Positions 39,455 to 48,546 of a stretch of DNA of 64,000 bases are shown here, in pieces. The first letter of the stretch is position 1. Every line of letters begins with the position of its first letter. The stretch is taken from contig VGTH01000022.1 of NCBI GenBank assembly GCA_016874755.1, forward strand, positions 19,421 to 83,420, read 5' to 3'. The DNA is from Deltaproteobacteria bacterium (GTDB lineage Bacteria; Desulfobacterota; Binatia; UBA9968). The notes below the pieces were generated by a model. That model saw only the letters and a list, made by a program, of their open reading frames with translations. It did not search any database and had not been told where the DNA came from. The translations under genes and the position numbers were made by a program.

Positions 39455-39712
39455 TCAGCCCAATTTGCTTTCCACCAGTTTGCCGATGCGTGCGATCGAG
39501 TCGAGATGCTCGATGTCGACCTCGTGGGCTTGAAGCTTGATTTTGTAGCGGTCCTCGACGAAGGCAACCAATTTCAACGTCGCCAGAGAGTCCAAAATAC
39601 CGCCGCTGATCAGCGGCGTCGCCTCGGTCAACTCTTCGGGATCTTCGCCGGGCAAAAATTCTTTAAGAATGTAATCTTTTAGTCCTTTGACAATTGCTTG
39701 GGTTTCCGCCAC
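39455..39712 (-). CDS. Carrier protein (DltC/PCP-like) with phosphopantetheine attachment Ser
   Basis: GGILDSLATLKLV has the DSL attachment motif. 85 aa. GTG start with RBS aaaggag. Confidence 0.7.
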   Translation of the reverse strand: MAETQAIVKGLKDYILKEFLPGEDPEELTEATPLISGGILDSLATLKLVAFVEDRYKIKLQAHEVDIEHLDSIARIGKLVESKLG

Positions 39713-39724
39713 TGGGGGCTCCTT

Positions 39725-42247
39725 TTACCGGGTGCTCTTGGAAAACAGCGCTGCCACACGTTGATCTTTGTGCTCTTTCAGAATCGTGTAAAGCCGTTCG
39801 GCCACCAGGCGGTGGCCGTTGGCATTTGGGTGATTGTCCCAATCGGCAATCCGCAGCGTATTGATCTCGTGGCCTTGATAGACGTCGCTGAGATCGGCAA
39901 CGACAAACCCCGCGGCGCGCGCGATGCGCAGAATTTCCGGGGTCTCCTCGACCCAATCGCCCTGTTCGACCTGGGGTAAAAACAAGAACAGCGGCACGAT
40001 GCCGCGCTCACGGCACTCGTCGACGATGTAGCGATAGGTCCAGGTGAGAATTTCATGGCGAAACGGCATCAGCCGGCGCGTGCCGATGGCCTCGGCCGTT
40101 TTCGGCGGCACCGCCGCTTTAGCGATGATTTCGCGCAGCGGCGCGAACGGCACGGCGATGTTCTTCGCGGTCACTTCCGCCAGATATGACGCCGATCGTG
40201 ACGCCTCGCGGCCTGTGGCCACGTAGAGCACCGCGTTGGGCGCAAAGGAATAAGCTTTTTCGACCACCAGCAGCTGCTGCACCGGCTGATAGCCCGGCAC
40301 CGCCATATTGAGAATTTCGTAGCGTTGATACGGTTTGCCCACGTTATTTTGATTGAGACGTTCTTCAACCAACGCTTCGAAGGTTTCATTATCGCGCACG
40401 CCCCAGCCCATCACGGACGAGGCGCCGAGTAGTGCAATCCGATAAGTGTTCGGCGCCGGTTTGGCTTCGTAGTCTTGGTCGCGCATGCCCCAACGGTTGG
40501 TGCGCACTGGGCCGTGGCTCGACATCGCGACAAAGGACGGAACCAATTCCCTATGAAGAAAATCTCCGGTAAAGCGATCCAACCCAGTGCCAGCCACGTC
40601 GAGCCAGGTCGACGGCCGGTTCATATACAACTCCCAGAGTTGGCTATTGAAGCGCTCCACCCGGTTCAAGTTTTCGTAGTAGCCTTTTTCCATCATCGCC
40701 ACGTCGAGCCGGCTCAGCCGTCCCGAGCGCAAGGTGTTGACGAAAGTAGCCGCCTGCGGCCCCAGATGCAGGTAAACCTCCTGAATGCCGGCCAGCGCAA
40801 GCGCCGCAAGAAACACCACATTGCCCACCGTCGCGCGGTTAAATAGCGTGGCGGGCGGGCGCTTGAGCTTCGACTGTTTGTCGCGGTACACGGAATATTC
40901 AGCGCCCAGCGACAGCACCAAAACGATGGCGAGCAAAAGCCCAACGGTCTTCACGGTTATCTTGTTTGCGGTCTCCCACAACGCGAGCCACTCCTCCACG
41001 GTTTCGCTCGACCACAGCGACCACAAAACGCAAATCAAAAGAAACATGCCGGTCGTGTTGAGCGCGCGCCGCAGGAACGGCACGAACTGGAAGCGGTACT
41101 TGCCCACGCTGCGCTCACGGCCGTGCTTCATCTCGTAAAGCGAATTGCCGACGACAAACAGCGCGAGGATGCCCCAGAACAACGCATCGGGGCCGGACAA
41201 CAACACCGTGCCGCGCAGCCAGAACCACTGGTAAGCGTGCAGCACCCAGGTCATGAAAAAAACAAAAAGCGTCGACAGCACGATGGCGCGTAGATCGCCT
41301 TTGGCGCGCAGTTTGAAATAGACCGGGTAGTAGAAAAGCTTCATCATGAAGTCTTTCCAATAGATGTTAATTCGGCGCCAAAAATCGGTAAAGCTCGACG
41401 ACAGATAATAAAGGTGGTGCGTCTCCGGCAGGTTGAAGCCGAACAAACGCAATAGACCGATGATCAGGTGGAACTGGCCGGAGATTCGCAGATAAAGCAG
41501 AAAGTTCGAGACGATGAATTGGAGCAAATCCCCTGAGTTGGCGATCTCCGTGGGTGCTACGGTCAGATAATAATAGACCAGACGGTAAAGGATCAGATGG
41601 ACGACACCGCGCGTCATCCAGACAATCGCCTGCTGGTAGCTGGCATGTTCTTCGGCATCGAAATAGTTGCGGCGAAAGGCCTTGTAGTCCACCACCGGAT
41701 ACATGGGAAAGCACACGTTGGGCAGCATGAAAAAGTAGGAGAATGCGCGCGGCCAGGAAAATGGTTCGTTTTCATGGGCCTGATCGTAAACGTAGATCAT
41801 CAAGCGAAACATGAACATGGCGCCTAGAATCGGCCAAATCGCCGGCGACCACGGAGCCGGCAACCAACCGACCCGCAGCAACGCTAGAAGAGCGGTGGCG
41901 CACAAAAGCAAGCCCACCCGCGCCCGCATACTGAACGGGAGATGACAGATCGTGATCAACATGCAGCCCAGGCCAATTAACCAAGCCGCTTGAACCGGCC
42001 CGAAAATAAGGCCAATACCGACAACAGAAAGGAGGGCAAAAAAGGGCAGCTTTAGGGACAACGGCAGAAAGTAGTGAACAGCGAACCCACCGAAAGCCAA
42101 AACGATAATACGAACAAATGCGCTGCTTTCGATCTGAAACTGCCGGATCGTGACCAGCAGTAAGAAAAGCTGCAGACCAAGTAGGATGAACCGTGACAGT
42201 CGATCACGAAGGGTGGAACTACTCGCAGTAGATTCACGGTTGTCCAT
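39725..42247 (-). CDS. Fusion of MBOAT-family membrane O-acyltransferase (DltB/AlgI-like) with C-terminal SGNH/DltD-like periplasmic domain
   Basis: N-terminal ~480 aa are polytopic with FGFNLPE...SSSFTDFWRRINIYWKDFMMKLFYYP, an MBOAT core (WRRWH reads WRRIN). C-terminal ~350 aa have SGNH blocks (LLGASSVMGWG ... DWDNHPNANGH). Confidence 0.75.
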   Translation of the reverse strand: MDNRESTASSSTLRDRLSRFILLGLQLFLLLVTIRQFQIESSAFVRIIVLAFGGFAVHYFLPLSLKLPFFALLSVVGIGLIFGPVQAAWLIGLGCMLITICHLPFSMRARVGLLLCATALLALLRVGWLPAPWSPAIWPILGAMFMFRLMIYVYDQAHENEPFSWPRAFSYFFMLPNVCFPMYPVVDYKAFRRNYFDAEEHASYQQAIVWMTRGVVHLILYRLVYYYLTVAPTEIANSGDLLQFIVSNFLLYLRISGQFHLIIGLLRLFGFNLPETHHLYYLSSSFTDFWRRINIYWKDFMMKLFYYPVYFKLRAKGDLRAIVLSTLFVFFMTWVLHAYQWFWLRGTVLLSGPDALFWGILALFVVGNSLYEMKHGRERSVGKYRFQFVPFLRRALNTTGMFLLICVLWSLWSSETVEEWLALWETANKITVKTVGLLLAIVLVLSLGAEYSVYRDKQSKLKRPPATLFNRATVGNVVFLAALALAGIQEVYLHLGPQAATFVNTLRSGRLSRLDVAMMEKGYYENLNRVERFNSQLWELYMNRPSTWLDVAGTGLDRFTGDFLHRELVPSFVAMSSHGPVRTNRWGMRDQDYEAKPAPNTYRIALLGASSVMGWGVRDNETFEALVEERLNQNNVGKPYQRYEILNMAVPGYQPVQQLLVVEKAYSFAPNAVLYVATGREASRSASYLAEVTAKNIAVPFAPLREIIAKAAVPPKTAEAIGTRRLMPFRHEILTWTYRYIVDECRERGIVPLFLFLPQVEQGDWVEETPEILRIARAAGFVVADLSDVYQGHEINTLRIADWDNHPNANGHRLVAERLYTILKEHKDQRVAALFSKSTR

Positions 42248-42504
42248 CTCGGTGCCTTTGGCTCAGGTGATTGCAGGTCACCAAAGTTGCGAAAATATCG
42301 GTCGAACGGACTAGACCGACCTGCTGAATAATACGGTCGAACAGGTAGAGCTAAAGCCCTGCTGCGGCTCCTATTCCTATTCAAACTGAAGAGGCGATGT
42401 CAAGTGTAAACGAATGGGCAGGACGATAGTCTGTAAGCCGACAGAACGAGAAGGAGTCGCGCCATAAAAGCAAGCGCATGGCAGGCCAAGCGCGAGCGGC
42501 AGGT

Positions 42505-43194
42505 CTAATCACTTGCCTTGGCCGATTGCTCGATCAGCTCGTGTGCCTCTTCAGCGCCCAGGAAGCGATCAATCACAGCATGGCCGGCATAGAGGAGCGG
42601 TGTCACCGACAAAGCTACTATCAATTTAAATGAATAGTTCGACGCCGCCACGGTAAGAAACTCGGAGGTCTGGACTTTCCCCGGCAGCCAGAATGCAATA
42701 CCGATAATGACGATACTATCGATTAGTTGTGATACTACCGTAGAGCCGGTGGCGCGCATCCAAAGGTAGCGTCCACCGGTCTTATTGCGCACCAGCCAAA
42801 AAATAAACACGTCGACCAATTGGCTTATGGCAAACGCCGCGACGCTGCCGACGATGATCCACAAAGATTGGCCGAATACCGCGGTAAACTGCGCGTCGGT
42901 CACCGGCGAAAACGAAGCGGCCGGCACCTGCATGGCGAGAAACAGCACGACAAAAGCGTAGACGATCAGCGCAATGGTCATGAAGGTCAGGCGCTTGACG
43001 CCTTCGCGGCCGAAGTATTCGTTGATCAAATCGGTGGCGATGAACACCACCGGCCACGGGATCACGCCGATGCTCAACGTAAACGGACCCAAGGTAAACA
43101 GCTTGCCGCCGGTGAGCTCACCGAGGATGGCGTTGGTGACGAAGAAGCCGGCCAACGCGAGGTAAACGATATCTCTGCGGGTTTGCACTCCCAT
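42505..43194 (-). CDS. Queuosine-precursor transporter (YhhQ/VUT, DUF165 family)
   Basis: 229 aa, 6 TM helices. N-terminal LALAGFFVTNAILGELTGGKLF...PWPVVFIATDLINEYFG matches the YhhQ family. Confidence 0.7.
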   Translation of the reverse strand: MGVQTRRDIVYLALAGFFVTNAILGELTGGKLFTLGPFTLSIGVIPWPVVFIATDLINEYFGREGVKRLTFMTIALIVYAFVVLFLAMQVPAASFSPVTDAQFTAVFGQSLWIIVGSVAAFAISQLVDVFIFWLVRNKTGGRYLWMRATGSTVVSQLIDSIVIIGIAFWLPGKVQTSEFLTVAASNYSFKLIVALSVTPLLYAGHAVIDRFLGAEEAHELIEQSAKASD

Positions 43195-43219
43195 GGTTAT
43201 ATTTCCGGTTAGCCGCGCC

Positions 43220-43399
43220 CTATTTCATGCCAAGATTCTTGAGAAAGCCAGAATTCGCGAGAGCATCGACTAACGAGTTGTCGTAGAAGTCGTTGGGATC
43301 GGCGGTTTTCACCTTGCGAAACTCTTTCTCGTCGAGATAGGCAAACTGGCCGCGGATCGCCGCCGGCCGCGCCGATTTGATTGACCAACGATTTCCCAT
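43220..43399 (-). CDS. Hypothetical small protein (start uncertain)
   Basis: ORF with no recognisable domain. Divergent from the amidohydrolase gene. Retained only on length. Confidence 0.2.
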   Translation of the reverse strand: MGNRWSIKSARPAAIRGQFAYLDEKEFRKVKTADPNDFYDNSLVDALANSGFLKNLGMK

Positions 43400-43538
43400 A
43401 ACGCGCTCCAGCTCATCGGACTTGTTAAATTTCGCACACACTGCCACGAGCCGTTTCCCGGCGCAACCGCTCCTTATTGACCAACCTATCGCTTTGAGTA
43501 TTATAACCATGAACGATCGCCGAGCCAGAGGAGCACTT

Positions 43539-44606
43539 ATGATTATCGACGCCGACGCCCACGTGGTGGAAACCGAACAGACCTGGAGCTACATGGATGG
43601 TTCCGACAAGAAGTTTCGCCCGCAGCTTTTCAGTTCCACCGATAACCCCAACATGCAGTACTGGTTCTGCGAAGGGAAATCGGTGGGCTTCCGTCCGCCG
43701 ACGTTGACCGAGCAGGAATTGATCGCGCTCTCAAAAGAAACCGGCCGCGAATTGAAGACCGCCGCAGGCGCGCGCGAGCTGCGCGATGTCGAACTGCGGT
43801 TATCGCACATGGACCGGCTCGGCATCGACGTGCAGGTGCTATTCAACACCATGTGGATCGCCCGCGTCGCCGACAAACCTGACGCGGAGATCGCCCTGTG
43901 CGGCTCGTGGAACCGCTGGATGGCCGACATGTGGAAGGCGGGCAAGAATCGGCTGCGCTATTCGTGTGTCGTGCCGGCGATGACGCCAAGCGAGGCAGTT
44001 CAGCAAATGCGCTTCGCCAAAGAGAACGGCGCGGTGGCAGTCAGTCTGCGCCCCTTCGAAAACGATCGGCATCTGGTCGACCCCTATTTTTATCCGATCT
44101 ACGAAGAAGCAAGCCGGCTCGATATGGCCATCGCGGTGCACATTGCCAACGGCAGTCCGGCGCTGATGGATCAGTTCAAACCGCGCTATGATAAAATGGG
44201 CGGCTTCGCGCAGTTCCGGGTGCCGACGGTGATCACCTGTTTGTCGCTGATGATGAGCGAGCTGCCGAAAGTTTTCCCCAAACTGCGCTGGAGCTTCGTC
44301 GAAGCGTCGGCACAATGGGTCCCCTGGGTGGTCAAAGAAGCGACGCGCCGCAGTGGCAGCAAAGGCTTTCCCAAACTGCCGTTCAAAGACTTCAATATCT
44401 ACGTCACGACGGAGACCAACGACGACTTCGACTTCGTGCTGCGCTACGCCAGCGAAGACAACGTCGTCATCGGCACCGACTATGGCCATACCGACGCTTC
44501 GAGCGAGGTCGACGCCATCGATATCTTTCGCGCCAACCCAGAAGTCACCGACCCGGTGAAAAAGAAAATTTTGGACGACAACCCGCGGCGGCTCTACGGG
44601 CTATGA
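43539..44606 (+). CDS. Amidohydrolase-2 family metal-dependent hydrolase
   Basis: MIIDADAHV, a conserved HxH metal site at the N-terminus. C-terminal ...DDNPRRLYGL parallels the ORF at 1-605. RBS gaggag 7 nt upstream. Confidence 0.75.
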   Translation: MIIDADAHVVETEQTWSYMDGSDKKFRPQLFSSTDNPNMQYWFCEGKSVGFRPPTLTEQELIALSKETGRELKTAAGARELRDVELRLSHMDRLGIDVQVLFNTMWIARVADKPDAEIALCGSWNRWMADMWKAGKNRLRYSCVVPAMTPSEAVQQMRFAKENGAVAVSLRPFENDRHLVDPYFYPIYEEASRLDMAIAVHIANGSPALMDQFKPRYDKMGGFAQFRVPTVITCLSLMMSELPKVFPKLRWSFVEASAQWVPWVVKEATRRSGSKGFPKLPFKDFNIYVTTETNDDFDFVLRYASEDNVVIGTDYGHTDASSEVDAIDIFRANPEVTDPVKKKILDDNPRRLYGL

Positions 44607-44610
44607 AAAG

Positions 44611-44683
44611 CTAGCCCGAATTATTCATGCGACGGGGAAAACCCATGACACTGCGTCGATCGAAGTGGAACTCTGGAGGAGCG
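44611..44683 (+). repeat. 73-bp intergenic repeat element, copy 1 (REP/MITE-like)
   Basis: ctagcccgaattattcatgcgacggggaaaacccatgacactgcgtcgatcgaagtggaactctggaggagcg is about 95% identical to 57897-57969 and to the reverse complement of 62791-62863. Confidence 0.8.
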
Positions 44684-44814
44684 CAGGCATCAGCGCAAAT
44701 CGTTCGGTTTAATGCGCCGATGCTGGGCATCTCTTCGGCCTTTTCACTGCGATTCGCAGAGCAGGGCGACCGGCGGTCGCCCCTACAAGGCGGCGTCGCA
44801 GCGGATATCTGTTG

Positions 44815-44873
44815 CCTTCGCTCCGGAAGAGTTTCACTTCGATCGCGCCGCAGCGATGAATAGTCCGGGCTGG
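44815..44873 (-). repeat. Degenerate, internally deleted inverted copy of the 73-bp element (forms inverted pair with copy 1)
   Basis: gccttcgctccggaagagtttcacttcgatcgcgccgcagcgatgaatagtccgggctgg aligns with the reverse complement of the 73-mer. It lacks about 22 bp. Confidence 0.55.
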
Positions 44874-44992
44874 GGGCGTTTAGGGAGGGGTCTATTGGGC
44901 GACTCGGGGGTATTCAATTTTTCATCGTCTGCCCTTGCTAAAGCGAGGAAACCATCTGAGGAGAAGTCAGACTACCGCATTCCCAAGCTCCA

Positions 44993-45841
44993 CTACGGAT
45001 TCTTCCGGCAGAACTCCAACACCCAATCGCAAATCTTCCGGGTCGTCTGCTCCGGCGGCATGACGTTGCGAAAATCACTTTTCGGCAACAGCTCGCGCAG
45101 ATAGTGCGCGCCGGAGGTGGCGTGCGAGGCATCGTCGCCGGGAATAATCAGCGCCGGCGCTTTGACGCCCAGCACTTCTTCAGGTTCGGCGCCGGTGGCG
45201 GTATCGCGGTCATATAATGTCCGGCCACTGGTGACGATCAAGCTCAAATAGCGATCGAGATCTTGCTTGGCGAAACTCTCGGCGAACTCTTTACTGCGCG
45301 CGATGCTGGTCGCCCACGGCCCAGCTTCCGGGTCGAGCCAAAACGATTTACCGCCGCGCGCCCGTTCGATGACACCATTGATGCCATTCTGCTTGGCGAA
45401 CTCGTAATGGCGCATGAAGCGCGCCTGGCTGTTCACTTTCCAACGATAACCGCCCACCGGCCAGTGTAAAATCAGACCGCGCGTCGCCTCGGGATAATGC
45501 ACACCGACGGCCAGCGCCACCGAACAGCCCATGCAGCCACCCATGACGTAGGCGGAGCCCAGCTTCAAATGATCGAGCAGCGCTTTGCCGTGCTGCGTGT
45601 AGCTCGCCCAGCTCAGCCGCTCGACTCGACCGCCCGACTGGCCGCACTCGCGCCGGTCGTAGAGAATGACAGCATGCTCCCGCGCCAGCGCCGCGATGGC
45701 ATCGATGCCGGTCCAGGCGCTGGCAACACGCCACTTATCGATGGTCGCGTCAAAGCCGCCTGGCGCGCACATCAAGATCGGCGTCCCCGAGCCGTGAACT
45801 TCATAGTAAGTTTCGATGCCATCGACCGTCACTGTCGGCAT
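44993..45841 (-). CDS. Alpha/beta-hydrolase fold protein
   Basis: HGSGTPILMCAPGG oxyanion region and nucleophile elbow GGCMGCS. 282 aa. Confidence 0.75.
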   Translation of the reverse strand: MPTVTVDGIETYYEVHGSGTPILMCAPGGFDATIDKWRVASAWTGIDAIAALAREHAVILYDRRECGQSGGRVERLSWASYTQHGKALLDHLKLGSAYVMGGCMGCSVALAVGVHYPEATRGLILHWPVGGYRWKVNSQARFMRHYEFAKQNGINGVIERARGGKSFWLDPEAGPWATSIARSKEFAESFAKQDLDRYLSLIVTSGRTLYDRDTATGAEPEEVLGVKAPALIIPGDDASHATSGAHYLRELLPKSDFRNVMPPEQTTRKICDWVLEFCRKNP

Positions 45842-46082
45842 AACGCATGCACCTTTCTATTCTTCTGGACATCAATTTAGCGGGCACGTAATATCAACTG
45901 CTCGCGCCAGTTGCATAACATGGAAACCGTGCATGTGAAAAGTTCGCGCAGCAGAGCGGAAGAATTCACCACCGAGACACCGAGAACACAGAGTTCGCAA
46001 GAGTGGTTCCAGGATTTCATAGCTCTTCACTCCGCGCCCCCAGCGCCCCTGCGCGAGATAATCCGCATCCGAGAGGTTCAAT

Positions 46083-46898
46083 GTGAGCGATCGCGACACC
46101 GAACAGAAATTCACTGAACTACTGAACGTCATGGCGCGCTTGCGCAGTGAGACGGGCTGCCCGTGGGACAAAGAACAAACCCACGCTTCGCTCAAGCCCT
46201 GCCTGCTCGAAGAAACCTACGAATTGCTCGACGCCATCGACGATGGCGAGACCAAAAAACTCAAGGAAGAACTGGGCGATGTGCTGCTGCAGGTGATTTT
46301 TCACGCGCAGATCGCCCGCGAAGAGAGCCGTTTCACCATCAAAGATGTCATCGAAATCCTTACTGACAAACTGGTACGGCGCCATCCATACGTTTTCGCC
46401 GGCGAACCACTGCCCGAAGATCCGGCGGCGGCGCTCAAACAGCGCGCTCAACTCAAGGCAAACGAAAAAAAAGAGGGCGAAAGCAAATCGGCACTGGGCA
46501 ATGTTCCCAGAGCGATGCCGGCACTGGCGCGGGCGCAGTCGATTTCGCGCCGCGCCGCCCATCTCGGCTTCGAGTGGCCCAACGTCGATGAGGTCTGGGG
46601 CAAGTTCGATGAGGAAGTGCGTGAATTACGAGAAGCCGCGCAGAGCGGCGACCAGACTCGCACTGGAGAGGAGCTCGGAGACTTGCTCTTCACCGCGGTG
46701 AATCTGGCGCGCTTCTTCGACGTGGAAGCAGAAGAGGTTCTAGCCCAGACCGTCGATCGCTTTACCAAACGCTTTCATCACATCGAAGCGCGGCTGCGTG
46801 CGGCCGACAAGCGCATCGAAGATGCCAATCTCGCCGAGATGGACCGCTACTGGGACGAAGCCAAGCAGCTCGAAAAACAGGAGAAGCCGGGGAAATGA
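46083..46898 (+). CDS. mazG: Nucleoside triphosphate pyrophosphohydrolase MazG
   Basis: Two MazG domains (LRSETGCPWDKEQTHASLKPCLLEETYELLDAI...EELGDVLLQV and a second EELGDLLF). GTG start. Confidence 0.85.
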   Translation: MSDRDTEQKFTELLNVMARLRSETGCPWDKEQTHASLKPCLLEETYELLDAIDDGETKKLKEELGDVLLQVIFHAQIAREESRFTIKDVIEILTDKLVRRHPYVFAGEPLPEDPAAALKQRAQLKANEKKEGESKSALGNVPRAMPALARAQSISRRAAHLGFEWPNVDEVWGKFDEEVRELREAAQSGDQTRTGEELGDLLFTAVNLARFFDVEAEEVLAQTVDRFTKRFHHIEARLRAADKRIEDANLAEMDRYWDEAKQLEKQEKPGK

Positions 46899-47866
46899 CC
46901 GTGGCGCCCAAAATCGTTTTTCTCGACGCCGCGACGTTCGGCGACATGTCGCTAGCACAGTTCACCGACCGCTGGCCGTGCACCGTGCATCAAGTGACGC
47001 AAGCCACTGAGACAGCAGCGCGGATTACCGGACATAACATCGCGGTCACGAATAAAGTCGCCTTCGACAAAACGATTCTGAACAGTCCGGCAGCGGAAGA
47101 GCTCAAACTGATCGCCGTCGCAGCTACGGGCACCGATGTCATCGACAAAGACGCAGCAACCAAGCGCGGCGTCAAAGTCTGCAACGTGCCGGGCTACGCC
47201 GCCCAAGCGGTGGGTCAATTCACCATTGCGCTGCTCCTAGAGTTGGCCAGCCGTATTGGCAGCAACAGCGCCGACGTCAAAGCCGGCGCCTGGCAAAGTA
47301 GTCCTGTCTACACACTCCTCACCTACCCGCAGGTCGAATTGCACGGCAAAAAACTCGGCATCATCGGCTACGGCAACATCGGCAAAACCGTCGCCAAGAT
47401 CGCCGGCGCGCTGGGCATGGAAATTCTCGTCGGCGCTCGCCCCGGCGGCTCGGCACCACCCAGCGATCGAGTGCCTCTCGATCGCCTGTTCCGCGAAGCC
47501 GATGTCATCACCCTGCACTGTCCGCTGACGCCGCAAACAAAAAACCTGATCAACGGGCAAACGTTAGCGTCCATGAAATCGACCGCGTTTCTGATCAACA
47601 CCGCCCGCGGCGCCTTGGTCGACGAAGCCGCGCTGATCGAAACCCTGCGCCACAAACGCATCGCCGGCGCCGCCGTCGACGTTATCACCCAAGAGCCGCC
47701 GCCCGCCGATCACCCGATGATCGTTGCCGCAAGAGAACTCTCCAACCTGATGGTCACACCGCACACGGCGTGGAGCGCGCGCGAAGCGCGCGAACGGCTG
47801 CTCAGCGAAGTCAAAGAAAACATCGCAGCGTTTCTCGCGGGACAACACCGCAATCGCGTCGCCTGA
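46895..47866 (+). CDS. D-isomer-specific 2-hydroxyacid dehydrogenase (glycerate dehydrogenase/hydroxypyruvate reductase-like)
   Basis: GIIGYGNIGKTVA NAD-binding motif. The catalytic R/E/H triad region (TPHTAW) is present. ATGA overlap with the mazG stop. Confidence 0.85.
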   Translation: MTVAPKIVFLDAATFGDMSLAQFTDRWPCTVHQVTQATETAARITGHNIAVTNKVAFDKTILNSPAAEELKLIAVAATGTDVIDKDAATKRGVKVCNVPGYAAQAVGQFTIALLLELASRIGSNSADVKAGAWQSSPVYTLLTYPQVELHGKKLGIIGYGNIGKTVAKIAGALGMEILVGARPGGSAPPSDRVPLDRLFREADVITLHCPLTPQTKNLINGQTLASMKSTAFLINTARGALVDEAALIETLRHKRIAGAAVDVITQEPPPADHPMIVAARELSNLMVTPHTAWSAREARERLLSEVKENIAAFLAGQHRNRVA

Positions 47867-47902
47867 ACAGGAGGAGCTAAAAGCGGGAGCGAAAGCGGAC
47901 GA

Positions 47903-48334
47903 TCAGAACGGCACGTCGTCATCCATCGGCGGCTGGCCGCCGCCCATCCCACCAGCCATGCCCATGTCGTCGCCCATCTGCTGCTGGGGCACGCGCGTGC
48001 CGCCGCCGCTGCCGAGAAACCTGACGTTTTGCGCGACGATTTCGGTGATGTAGCGTTTTGCTCCGGTGTTTTTATCGTCGTAGCTCCGGGTGCGGATGCT
48101 GCCCTCGATGTAAACCTCGCGGCCTTTGGAGAGATATTGGCCGCAGGTCTCGGCCTGCTTGCCCCAGACCACGATGTTGTGCCACTCGGTGCGCTCCTGA
48201 CGTTTGCCATCGCGGTCGTTCCACTGTTCGGAGGTGGCCAGCGAGAAATTGGCGACGGCACTGCCGGTGTTGGTGAAACGCACTTCGGGATCTTTGCCCA
48301 AGCGACCGACGAGAATGACTTTGTTAACCGACAT
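47903..48334 (-). CDS. ssb: Single-stranded DNA-binding protein
   Basis: OB-fold N-terminus [21 protein letters not shown]...W..VV.WGK, a Gly/Met-rich linker, and the acidic tail DDDVPF. Confidence 0.9.
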   Translation of the reverse strand: MSVNKVILVGRLGKDPEVRFTNTGSAVANFSLATSEQWNDRDGKRQERTEWHNIVVWGKQAETCGQYLSKGREVYIEGSIRTRSYDDKNTGAKRYITEIVAQNVRFLGSGGGTRVPQQQMGDDMGMAGGMGGGQPPMDDDVPF

Positions 48335-48546
48335 GCTTGCCTCCGACGGCGCTAAAACTTAGCCGCAAGTTATCGCCGGCGATTTGCAGAGTCAAACAAC
48401 TACAAAGCGGGATTCCCCGTAGAGAGCCCGGCGCGGCGCGATTGGAATCTTTGTCGGCAACAAGATTTGCGCAAGCCGCGCGACTCCGAAATACCGCCCC
48501 CTTGCGACTGTCGCGCTCTTATGTCCCAATAGATGCTTCACCCGTC

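Noticed and set aside
42250-42500. Possible tRNA or small RNA in the 250-bp gap between the MBOAT gene and yhhQ
   Set aside because: No cloverleaf, T-loop (GTTCRANYC) or conserved aptamer motif could be recognised by eye. It is left unannotated.
43195-43240. preQ1 riboswitch upstream of the YhhQ-type queuosine-precursor transporter
   Set aside because: Only ~25 nt separate yhhQ from the upstream ORF, and the sequence does not match the preQ1-I/II consensus. There is not enough room or similarity.
44611-44873. Insertion sequence (IS) at the 73-bp repeat loci
   Set aside because: No transposase ORF is present, and the elements are only 73 bp. They are better described as REP/MITE-like repeats.
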